A stretch of DNA of 64,000 nucleotides from Balanoglossus misakiensis (GCA_040954595.2 CM082595.2:8941410-9005409); one strand, 5' to 3'; counted from the stretch's first letter, positions 1-10,328 are shown. Notes: generated by a model from the letters alone, not told the origin. Program-made: numbers and translations.

Positions 1-1060
1 CTACTTATGCACTGGAAGGGTCCTTTTCCAGTGGTGGAGAAAGCGAGCAATATGGATTACAAGATTGACTTTGGTCATAGGGTGAAAACATTCCATGCCA
101 ACCTGTTGAAGAGGTACTATCGAAGAACTGATCAGCTAGAATAAGTATCAGCTGGACTTCTTGAGATTGTGTGTGTATCTGTGATAGATGAGCAGAGTTA
201 TGAATCTTCAGAAGTACAAGAGAACACAGGGGTTAAAGTAAACGATGACTTACTGCGGGTTCCTGCATTCAAGCAGAAAGAATTTGCTGCAGATGTGAAT
301 GTATGTGACAACTTGTCAGACATACAGAAGCAAGTGGTGAGGAGGTTGCTGATCAATTACAAAGATATGTTAACTGATATTCGTGGTAACACCAACCTGG
401 GTTTCCATGACATCAAGTTGATGGATCCAACACCAGTATGCAGTAGGCCATACCCCATCCCTCATGCACTCCGTGAAGCAGTGAAAGATGAAGTCAAAAT
501 GATGATTAAGATGGGAGTAGCTGAACCTTCAGAGAGTCCATATGCTGTTCCACTGGTAATGGTGAAGAAATCTGATGGGTCCAATCATTGTTGTGTTGAC
601 ATGAGAAAGCTCAATCGCATAACAGTGTTTGATGCAGAGCCTACACCAGACCTGAGTGAGCTTTTTGCTTTTTGCTAAGTTATCCAAGGATCACTATTTC
701 ACTAAAGTAGATCTCAGCAAAGAATATTGGCAAGTCCCGTTGACTGATAATTCTAAACAATTGACGGCATTTATCACGCATGATGGGCTATACCAATTTA
801 TCAAAATGCATTTCGGACTTGTAAATAGTGCTGCGACTTTTAGCAGAATTATGAGAAGATTGTTAAGAGATATGAAGAACGTAGACAACTATATCGATCA
901 CATACTGATCCACACTGCATCATGGGAAGAACATATCAAGACAATTACAGATTTGATGAGCAGACTACGAAAGGCAAAGTTAACAGCGAGACCAACTAAG
1001 TGTTATGTGGGTTATGAGCAGATCGATTTCCTGGGTCATGTGGTTGGTCATGGTGAACTA
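1..1060 (+). mobile_element. pol: Degraded Ty3/gypsy retrotransposon pol fragment, integrase C-terminus followed by reverse transcriptase (Gmr1-like order)
   Basis: Frame 1 from nt 1 reads LLMHWKGPFPVVEK...YKIDFGHRVKTFHANLLKRYY, the GPY/F C-terminal module of gypsy integrases. Gypsy RT motifs follow: RPYPIP, EPSESPYA, VKKSDG, VDMRKLN, KVDLSKEYWQVPL, TAFITHDGLYQF, FGLVNSAATF, YIDH (mutated YxDD), IDFLGHVVG. Lesions are a TAA at 142-144, a frameshift from a duplicated CTTTTTG (661-674) and truncation near 1060, before RNase H. Confidence 0.92.
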
Positions 1061-1168
1061 GTCCTGTTTCAAAATGACCTACATTACAGGTCCTATGCAA
1101 ACGTATTACATGTTCTGATTGGTTTATCCACTTCTCTAAGGTCCACTTGCGGCTCGCTGATTGGAGGG

Positions 1169-1418
1169 ACCTTATGTGTTAGGTCTTATTACTATGTATT
1201 ATTCACCAGACCTTGTAGGTTAGGTCTTATTACAATGCATTATTCACTTTACAGCTCCCTGATTGGTTAATGTGTAGGTCTGGTCCTCCAGTGTTCACTG
1301 CCTCATTATGCAGGACCTTGTAGGTTAGGTCTTATTAATATGTATTTATTCACCATACAGCTCCCTGATTGGTTAACGTGTCAGTCTGGTTCCCCCCAGT
1401 GTTCACTGCCTCATTGTG
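1169..1418 (+). repeat. Degenerate tandem repeat, ~105-bp unit (two copies plus a partial)
   Basis: GACCTTGTAGGTTAGGTCTTATT...ACAGCTCCCTGATTGGTTAA...CCAGTGTTCACTGCCTCATT starts at 1209 and again at 1314. A partial copy starts at ~1169. Confidence 0.8.
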
Positions 1419-1782
1419 AAATGTCCCATGTGCTTCCTGGCTAGCGTTGTGGTAACATATTATTCGGGGTGTCCGCAGATCGTTCATTGATTTTCTGAGA
1501 AATAGCCTAACTGATACTATCTCCAACATAAACCGCACCCTGGAAAGATTAAATGATCTTTTAGGTGGACTTTGAAAATCTGATTAACTCATCTAAGCAT
1601 TTTAGCTAAGTTGTATATTTTTTAATTATAATCATACAAAATACTTAAAAAATAAAAACAATGTTCAGTTTTAATACCCACTGATGAGGGGAAACATCAG
1701 TTTCAAATTCTTTTCATGGGAGCGCTTGAGCAGAGTTATGAGTTTTGCTCTGTGAAAGAAAATGGGGGGATTTCAAAATTTT

Positions 1783-1900
1783 GGCAGTTCGGAAGGGGGA
1801 TTTCAAAATATTTCGGGTTGTGAAAGGGGGGGGCATGTGAAAATTAGCGGTAAAAGATTAATTCCCCCCCCCCCCTCCAGAGGTGTTTGTGAATGCAGCC
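1783..1900. mobile_element. Probable single end of a MITE (G-tract subterminal repeats, ending GTGTTTGTGAATGCAGCC before TAA)
   Basis: GGGGGATTTCAAAA occurs twice, with G and C tracts and a terminus followed by TAA, as in PIF/Harbinger-type MITEs. The matching opposite end was not found. Confidence 0.4.
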
Positions 1901-2403
1901 TAAGAAAGAAAAAATGTGAAATGGGTCAAATATGGGCCGGACGTGCCCATTCAACTCAATTTACTTTTGTTTGCTTTAAGTAGGAATTGATCACAGCTAT
2001 ATTTATTTTGGACACCTGAGCGACAAGAAAACAATCTGATTCTACATTTTAAAAAGCGTCATTGGAAAAGCACTGCAATTTTGTTTCTTGATTTAAAAAA
2101 GTTTGGGGTGGCATGTAAAAATTAAGGTGTGTCTAAATTACTAATTTGGTGCACCTCAAAGCCCTTAGCCAATGTAAATTATATCCTGCATTGTATTCAT
2201 GAAGGATATCCTCCCGCGAGGTCAATGTCATTCAATGTCAAACAGTCTCAACAAAGACCATTGGACACTCATAGCCGTTTTGTATGAAAGTGACTGGAGT
2301 ACGAGATGAGTTTCATGACAACAACAAATCATGCTCAGTCTCGCTGCAGGGTCTATAATTTCAATAACGGCTAGACGATGGACACTATCTTAGGTAACAC
2401 TTT

Positions 2404-2459
2404 AGGGTCATAGTGCTGGAACGACATGTTTAAACAGGTCGTTCCGGCACTCTGACCCT
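2404..2459. repeat. 56-bp near-perfect palindrome
   Basis: AGGGTCATAGTGCTGGAACGAC-ATGTTTAAACAG-GTCGTTCCGGCACTCTGACCCT: 22-bp arms with 2 mismatches around a self-complementary core, TGTTTAAACA. Confidence 0.9.
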
Positions 2460-2953
2460 TTCGGCCCCAGTCGTTTCAGCCCCCATTTTCCACGACCCAA
2501 GTCGTTACAGCCCGGACAGTAACACCCCAAACATTTCAACACTTATCAGGGAAGACCTTAGCCCAACTATTAAAACTTGGCTTGAACCTACTTAAGTTCT
2601 CCGCATGAAATATGAGCGAGCGTTGTCAGAGGACGACAGCTACGCACACTTTGGGCATGACCGAATCAAACAGAATTGAATATTCTATATTCGGAAAAAA
2701 CACCTTATCTCCGTTTTGCCGTTGACAAACCGATTTCTGTCATGACAGTTACTCCCGGGGACTGTGACAGACCATATACAGACAGTAGAGGCCGCGCGCT
2801 GGGGGTCTACACAAGTCACTACAGCTGATGTAAGCAAGTACAACATGCTTTGCTTGCAGGAATGTTCCGTTTTCAATAGAGGGGTGTGTATATTCAGAGG
2901 GAATGTCAGTCGGGGCCCTGGCTGGCAACATGCGGCGTATATATTGACAATCT

Positions 2954-3881
2954 TAGCCGGGAGACCAGGGCGTCGATCTAAAATACAACGCTCGGGGACA
3001 GTCGAGCAAGTCCTGCTGAGCTGAAAGATAGTAGTCTTGGCAACGATCGAGGTCGCTTAGTAACAAATGGATAACGAGTGATCTATCAAATGTTGACGGG
3101 CGCCAGTGGTTGGATGATATAATTAAAGGCACGTAAGCTGTAACTGGATAAAAAATTAAAGTTTTAAATAATCTCATATATGCTTTTAATTATGTCTATT
3201 AAATGCTATTTCATGATAATATATCAAGCTCAACACTTATTTATGACAAAATGGCCAAAAATTAAAGAAAAACGAAAATTCCTGCAATTTTAAAAAAAGC
3301 GCAATATTGCAATGAAAAATGAAAATCTGATGTCTCAGTGGTGTACATTTACTTCCATGAGCTCAAGTGGATGAGATCATGTTTTGTTTATGAAGTTTCA
3401 CAACCGGAAATGCAACATTTTCATTGTTTCTTGCATTTTCCCACGGTGGCGGCCATAATCGCTTGCGGCAAAGCTTTATTATTTATCTGGTTAAAACTTG
3501 CATATGCACTCATACTTAGGGTTTATAATGCTTGTGTATTGTTCACTACCTTCATCTGCATGGACTAATGGTAGTGCAGTTTGAAACAAAAATTATGAAA
3601 ATTATCCCAAAAGTTACACCTTACGTGCCTTTAACAAAGCTTGGTTATGAATATTCATACACCTTCAAAACCACTCCCACATCCCATCGCGGGAATTTCA
3701 CACATGACTCCACCTCTATTTCCTTATTTAGAAGGCGACGATGTCATGTGGTTAACATTGAGTGACCAATTAGCTTACACGCAAGATTTACCACACGTGT
3801 CGTTCTACGAACAGAATTCTGTTCGTAAATAGAGACTGTCCCCGGGCGTTTCTTTTCCCCGACGCCCTGGTCTCCAGGCTA
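2954..3881. mobile_element. Non-autonomous DNA transposon, AcademH-like (TAG...CTA ends, 9-bp TSD)
   Basis: Left TIR is TAGCCGGGAGACCAGGGCGTCG...AACGCTCGGGGACAGTC (2954-3003). Right TIR (3834-3881, reverse complement) is TAGCCTGGAGACCAGGGCGTCG...AACGCCCGGGGACAGTC. A perfect TSD, TGACAATCT, lies at 2945-2953 and 3882-3890. Confidence 0.88.
3127..3630. mobile_element. Non-autonomous Kolobok-like element nested in the AcademH-like element
   Basis: TTAA at 3123-3126 and 3631-3634. 19-bp TIRs AGGCACGTAAG(C/G)TGTAACT with one mismatch. RR...YY termini with a TTAA TSD fit Kolobok. Confidence 0.85.
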
Positions 3882-4192
3882 TGACAATCTCGCTGATAGG
3901 CGCAGCTGGAATTTATGTTTCTGTGGTATGATTATTGTATTTTATCAATGCACAATCACGATGGGCGAGTTTCAAGCAAGCAATTGGATTCGCTTCAATC
4001 CCTCACTAAAATCTAGACTGCACCACTGTATAATAACACAATACAGTCTTCTAGCCTCATGGTATAAACAGGAACTCTTGTCTGCTGGACATCCGGGTAC
4101 TTTGGTCTACTGAGTGAACGCGTTACGTATAGAGGTAGCGCAAAGTGAAAACCTATTTAAGGCAGCCACAACAATCAGTGTTGACGTACATA

Positions 4193-4297
4193 CAATCTGA
4201 CTAAAATCGCAGTTGGTATGACGACAGCATACTAATAATACTGTACCACATAAGTAAAAGACGTCGTCGTACCATACATCTGATTTTATTCAGATTA
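4193..4297. mobile_element. ~105-bp palindromic mini-element (copy 1, more decayed)
   Basis: CAATCTGACTAAAATC...GGTATGACGAC pairs with GTCGTCGTACC...GATTTTATTCAGATTA. Its ends match those of 4558-4667. Confidence 0.65.
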
Positions 4298-4314
4298 CTG
4301 CATATTTGCATATA

Positions 4315-4522
4315 CTGTGAAACAAGTTATTTTCGCGAGCAATACATTTTCGCGAGATACGTGAGAGCCAAAATGGTATAAAAAATAAGAGGTCGCATAA
4401 TTATTTTTGAAGATAACGATGCAGTGAATGAAATAAGAGAACGCGAAAATTAATACTCGCGAAACAGTAGCCTCTCTCGATATCGTGAAAATTTCAACTC
4501 GCTAAAATAAAGTGTTTTACAG
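4315..4522. mobile_element. MITE with TA TSD (Tc1/mariner-pogo type ends) and TTTTCGCG subterminal repeats
   Basis: TA|CTGTGAAACAAGTTATTTTCGCGAG ... CTCGCTAAAATAAAGTGTTTTACAG|TA, with internal TTTTCGCGAG and CGCGAAA motifs in inverted orientation. Confidence 0.8.
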
Positions 4523-4557
4523 TAGTTTATGTATGTAAAGTGTTCCTGATGTTAACA

Positions 4558-4667
4558 CAATCTGATTAAAATCAGATGTAGGCCTAGGGAATGGCGACGT
4601 AGTTTTTTGATGCTGCGACAGCATAAAAACACGTCGCCGTTCCCTACATCTGATTTTAATCAGATTA
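4558..4667. mobile_element. 110-bp palindromic mini-element (copy 2) with a degenerate 9-bp TSD
   Basis: CAATCTGATTAAAATCAGATGTAGG...GGGAATGGCGACGT pairs with ACGTCGCCGTTCCCTACATCTGATTTTAATCAGATTA. The flanks ATGTTAACA and GCGTTAACA match at 7/9. Confidence 0.72.
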
Positions 4668-4674
4668 GCGTTAA

Positions 4675-4721
4675 CATAACTTTGACAGAATAAGTTAACG
4701 CCATAACTTTGACAGAATAAG
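4675..4721 (+). repeat. Short direct duplication (20-bp core, 27-bp period)
   Basis: CATAACTTTGACAGAATAAG occurs at 4675 and 4702. Confidence 0.8.
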
Positions 4722-5804
4722 AGTTGCCTCAAACGGCTCTAACCGAATTTCCATTAATAGCAGAACAAACAAGCTGTAATCAATACGCCAACCTTTAAAA
4801 TATTACTTTAGAAAGTTTGTATTCATACTTTCTTCAAGTTGTCATAACGCTAACCCGAAATGTGTTTTAGTATTGCCTTTGTATTAATGGGCTAGATTCA
4901 TGGCGTTATATGTCATAAATTAAAAAGACAACCCTTATTGTTTTTGATAATATTTATGTCGGAGAATCCACAATGAAAAATATGTATTTCAATTTCATAA
5001 CTCAAAATGATTTTCAAATCCATGACCTTATTTTCAACTCCAGTGATCGTACATCCTGAACCTTGTTCCAGTAAATGATTGGTCATTACAGGGTTAATGG
5101 GCACTCTCCCGTTCTCTTCCTCCGCAGTTTCATTCATGTTCTTGTTTGACGGAAATGGGTGTGACCAGACGCTTGAATGTTTTCATGTGGGTTGAGTTGT
5201 TCATCGGGAACGGCCTCCTGGTGTGTCTGTACAGGTACGCAAGGAGAAACTGCCCACAAGAAGCTGCGAGTGAAACTATTTAAGGTAGTATGTGCCTCGC
5301 GGTCCGAGATTCAGACAAATGATAGTCCTCAAAACTTTTTCAAGTCATTGATTTACTAAAGTGTGTGGTGAGTCTCTTTGAAAACAACAACAATATTACT
5401 CATCATATTGTATTTTTTTGAAACTATAAAATGAAGTTGACAATGCACCAAACAGATTCTATTTATTTCTTCATGACCATGTTCACCCCAAGGTCATAAG
5501 GACCTGCAAGTATATGCCAGAGCCAGAGTCGACATTACCGAAGCCAGAGTTTAAAGCTTACAGGTCACCCCTTGCCAGCTCATGACTAGCTAAACTGCCA
5601 TGGATGCCAAGAGATATAGGACTACGGTAACCTGTAGATGGTTTCAGTATGTTTGAAGAAAGTGGTGGCGCACTTTTGGCTACATTTGAAATGGCTATGG
5701 TACCAGTGGTTGAATTTGCAAAGGTGACCTTTGACCTGGCATCTTTAAAGATATTAAAGAACGATTTACCATTCCTTGTTGTCGTAAAATGACATCTGTA
5801 ATAA

Positions 5805-5852
5805 CACTGCGGCCCAAACGCCGCCCTCTCGGGGCAGTATTTCTGTGGCGCG
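5805..5852 (+). repeat. Left bipartite terminal inverted repeat
   Basis: CACTGCGGCCCAAAC, a 14-nt spacer, GCAGTATT (5834-5841), then GCGCG (5848-5852). Confidence 0.85.
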
Positions 5853-5887
5853 TTTCAATAGCTCATGAATAATTAATTAGCGCGATC

Positions 5888-8800
5888 ATGGCGGTCGCTC
5901 AGCGGAGCTGAAACCTGAATACAGTGAAATTCGGTAAGTGTTTCTTGTCATTTTTTACGATCTACTGCACCATACATAATAGTGTTCACAGTAAACGAAA
6001 CAAAAATATTATTTCATCTGTACATTTCATATTGAATCACTGAAATAACTTTAAAAATAACTGATTTACCGCGCGGGTGTGCTGTTGCTAACGACAGCAC
6101 TGCCCTCAGCAACCACTTACACAGGGTGGAAAATTCAACGATTTAGCCTTGCTAACCTGTTATCTGACATTTCAAAACCATACGAGTTTACCTAACTATG
6201 GTTATTTCACGGATGTTATATTTGAACAACTGCTACCACAGGTTTAACGAAATTACACCAAGCGATTCTCGATACCTCAGCATGTCGTACGCCTCCGGCT
6301 GTGTTTACATGTACTGCAATGGCGACACGTCTCAGCTGTCACTGCGTGTGGTTTTGTTAGCAAAAGTCTGAGTTGGAATGGATTAAATTTTAAAATCGAG
6401 AACCAATAGTTTTAGCTAAATTACGTACTTAATGCATTACACTATAAATGCAAAGTTAAAAATCAAAACAGAAAATTTTGAACCTGTGTCTGCGCAGTAC
6501 AGTTATATTCACTCCAATTCTCCCATTGAAATATGCCCATCTCTGCGTATACACGTTGGTATGTATGGAGAGCTGTGGTCGATATGCCTAGCTCAGAGCA
6601 GGTTTTATCAAATGTCTTTCAGTGATTTTCTTTGCATTGCTGTTGGGTATCGGTTGAAAAATACTAAAGTCACTAATGTACTATAAATATACATGCATAA
6701 TTATTAATTATTATACATTCTTATTCATTGTAATTTTCCTCTTCAGATCAGAAACAGCTCAGGTATGTGGTGGAGTAAACTGTTACTTAGATGTAGGGCA
6801 CCCCTGCAAAGTTTATCCATCAACATGCCAAGTAGGAAAGAAAAAAACATACTTCAACATAGGTCAGTGGGCAAAGGAACAGAAGCTAGCCAGAGAAATT
6901 GCAAAGGAAAAGCATTCACAGGAGCTATTAAGAGAAAATTCAAAGACTAGGTCATTGCTAGAAAGAGTGCAGACTAATGCCTTGCTATAGAGGACAGAAG
7001 AATGCCAGCCAAAATATCGGTTTAACTTGGGGGAGTGGTCTAGACAGCGGAAGAGAAAGAGGGATCAGGAGAGTAGCATAATCGAGGATAACCTTAATAA
7101 GATCAGTGCTGCTAAAAGACTAGTAAAACGGGCTAAAACCCGTCTTGCTAGACTTGAGCAGAGGAATAATAATGTGAGACAGGAGTTAGGTGCTAGGACC
7201 TACAGTATAAAGGTACAGTGAGTTTAAACGATTGAATAAATTTAATTTGTCAGTTTTACTCAAATAGAATTCAATCATATGCACAGTTAGCTAATGTTAG
7301 GGGAACATCGTCTGTTTTTATCATGCATATTTTGAAGTCCTTGGGATTACTAGCTTGCTCCTATAATCACAATGAAATGCTCAAAATTTAGGCTGATAAA
7401 TCCACTAACCTCTTCATGTACATTTTTTTGTGTAATCTTGCAGAGAAAACTAGATGCTTTGCAACCCAGGTGGATTCACAAGAACTCAGAAGTGTGTGAA
7501 GATAACAGTGAGGTTTTGACAATATCACGGCGTGAACAGTATGAACGTAGATGTAAAACCTTGTCAGCCGCCACATCTATTCATGTATCAACAACCGATA
7601 CCAGTTTAGCCAATGGTGTAGGTAATTTTACCAGATTGAAACCTTCAAAAGCTGCACTTGATGGTTTGTGGTTTACCCTCATCAACTCTGCCAAACCTGA
7701 ACAGATTGAAACCTATTTGAAAACATCACCTCAAATCAGAGAGAAATTAATGCCATCGATAGTAGACAAATCTATTGATCAATTTGAAAAAAGTGAAAGC
7801 AATTTAATAAGGAGTGTCAGAGTTCTGTATGAGGGTGGAGTGCTATCAAAACGCAAATACACTTGTCTGAGGCTGAGTGAACTGCAAACATCATCTAAAA
7901 TACAAAATCCAAGTAGGGCAATGCAGTTTCACTTTGGCTGCAGAATACCAAGATTACTGACATACAACAAAGTTGTACGCTATGTTAGTAATCTTGATAT
8001 TTGTACTCTTGAACCCATTCTGACAGCAGAAGGGAAACAGGTAGGTTTGAAACGTAACATTGAAGAGTTACTTGTTAAGATTGCCAATCTGTATTTACAA
8101 ATGAAATCAACCCAGCCAGACATTCTTAACTGGTTTGATAGACAAGAAGGTAACTTCCAGATTAGTATAGGTGCTGATGGTGCACCATTTGGAAAACATG
8201 GCCAAGCTACTGCCTGGTTGGTCAGTTGTTTGAATGTTGGACATCGTGTTGCAAGCCCAGATGATAATTTTCTACTGTTGGGGGCAAATCTCAAAGAAGA
8301 TGATCCGATTATGATTGACTATGCACATTCATTATCAAAAGAACTGAATTGTATCCAGAAACGTAAATACAATGTTGGCAATCTTTGTGTGACTTTCCAA
8401 GTTTCGCTCTTGCCTTTTGATCAGAAAGGTTTAGCTTCAATGCCTGGAGAGCTTTCCAATGCTGCACAGTACTTAAGCTCTTTTGCTAATGTTTCAAAGT
8501 CAGATAGAGATTGTATTGGAGCAGATATTGGTCCAGGTAAAAAATGGCAAGAATGGTCATATGACAAACGCATTAAAGATGTTGAAGCTGTGGAGAAATT
8601 CAAATCGCAACCAAAGAATAGAGATGGCAAGCCAAAAACTGTGCGGCCAAAAGTCACTAAATTTATAGCCAGTAGAAAATCCAGACAGGAATTTGTACCC
8701 CCTCTTGGTCGATTTATCGACTGTGCTAAAGTTGAACCATTGCACATGAAAAACAATGCATGGCAGTACTATTTCCAGATGCTGTTGATAGATGCAGTTG

Positions 8801-9675
8801 CTCACACTTCACAAACAGATTTTGATAAGGGGGTTAAGATTGAAAATCTCCCAAAGGAGTCTTGTCTATACAAATTCCTGTCTGCATTAAAATACCAAGT
8901 GAGAGCTGGAAAACTGTACAACAAAATTTGAAAGTTCTTTAGTGAAAACAATGCAAAATCACTTTCTCAAATAAGTGCTGTTTATCGCTTTACTGGGGAA
9001 GAGTCCCGTAAACTAGCATGGAAATTCATGTCACTGATTAAGACACCCATGGGTGATAAAGATAGTGTAAAGCGGCGAGCTCGATTGGCTCTTTTCACAT
9101 ATCTTGGGTTGTTGCTGAGGGATATTACCTTGCTCTTTTCAAGGTTTAATCTGAGTGAAGGGGATTTACTTGTCCTGAAACAGAAATGTACATGGTACTT
9201 TAACCTCCATTCACTATTTTTTGATGTAAATAATACTGTTTGGCATATTGGATACGCAGTACCTAAACATGCAGCAAGTGTGTATCAGCAATTCAAACTT
9301 GGTTTGGGGTTGAATACTATGGAAGGTCGAGAAGCAAAACATCTTCGTCTTCTTGAATTGAGTAAGAATTCCACTCCTCAGAACAGGTGGACCCTCATAT
9401 TCCGCCATGAATACACAATGCTCTTTTGGCTAAGAGAAAGAAATCCAAAAGCAGACAAATATAGGCGGGCCAATCTAGTTCAGTATGAACTTAAAGAAAG
9501 AGAAAAATATATACCCAGTCTGTACTATGACAGTGCAGGTTACTGTATGTGTGGTAACATGAAAGATGAAGCAGTGTCTACATGTAAAATTTGTAATGAC
9601 CCAGTTATTGCTGAAATAAAACAAGCAGCAGTGTCTGGCAAGCTGAGTAATAAACTGAAGAAAATTGTTCTGTGA
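5888..9675 (+). pseudogene. Spliced RAG1/Transib/Chapaev-like DDE transposase (~900 aa reconstructed) with premature stops
   Basis: Proposed exons are 5888-5933 (donor CG|GTAAGT), ~6747/6752-7212 (acceptor TTTTCCTCTTCAG, donor AAG|GTACAG) and 7444-9675 (acceptor TCTTGCAG). The ORFs at 6676, 7027, 7372 and 9028 share one frame, broken by TAG 6988-6990 and TGA 8929-8931. Exon 1 also carries a stop or a 1-nt frameshift. Motifs are collinear with the RAG1 core: IGADGAP (D, 8176; cf. D600), PFDQK (D, 8419; cf. D708 YDEK), VEPLH (cf. IDALH795), YRFTGEESRKL (cf. MRMNGNFARKL), LGLNTMEGREAKH (E, 9331; cf. IGAWASEGNE962). Confidence 0.85.
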
Positions 9676-10285
9676 AGTGTATTTGCCCTTCTGTGCAAAA
9701 TGTTTCCTGTTTCAGTGTTTTTAACTTACCGTGTTGAAATGTTGTGAATGTCAAATTGAAATGAATGATATTATTAACATGTATTAAACTGGAAATAAAC
9801 TCTGCCACACTTCTGTGTTCACAACTGTTACAACAGATGCATGTCAGGCCATTGTAACTAAACGGTATATATGCAACATCATGAACTTCAGTATTCTCAC
9901 AGTGTACATAAACATGTCATGATTCTGATACAACTGCATGTTATCTGTACTAACACAAACCTTAAATGCAGGGTTAATGTGATATTCTATTACAGTCTAA
10001 ATGAATAGATTTGAAACGTTTGTGTCTTAAGTCTATCATATTACAATAATATTGAATATAATTATAAGATTTCCTTGCTAAGTAATTAACGATAATCAGA
10101 ATACATTAATTTAATGTAGTTAAAATCACAATAAGTTAACTTTCAAATCCCATGAATTGTATATATCAAATTGAATGATTTTATATTTATTGAATGCTAA
10201 GAAAGTTAAATGCAATTTATAATGAAATTCATGACAATTCCTTGTACTTCTGCTGTATTGCATGTAATGTTGATTGTTGGAATTG

Positions 10286-10328
10286 AATAAAGACAATACT
10301 ACTTCATTTTCAATCTACTGTTTTTATT
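10286..10328. terminator. Candidate back-to-back polyadenylation signals of the two convergent genes
   Basis: AATAAA on + at 10286-10291 (another at 9794-9799) and AATAAA on - at 10323-10328, in the AT-rich intergenic region. Such hexamers also occur by chance in AT-rich DNA. Confidence 0.35.

Noticed and set aside
661-674. 7-bp duplication in RT as a transposon excision footprint
   Set aside because: It is equally explained by slippage at a T-rich unit, with no further evidence.
4913-5280. Coding-looking, GC-richer stretch on the minus strand (MNETAEEENGRVP...)
   Set aside because: It is short, interrupted by stops and has no recognisable domain or convincing splice structure.
5280-5345. 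TTAA-GGTAGTATGTGCCTCG, a possible Kolobok-type left end
   Set aside because: No matching inverted end was found in the window.
6079-6100. Short palindrome GTGCTGTTGCTAACGACAGCAC in intron 1 of the transposase
   Set aside because: The 7-bp arms are too short to distinguish from chance without other copies.
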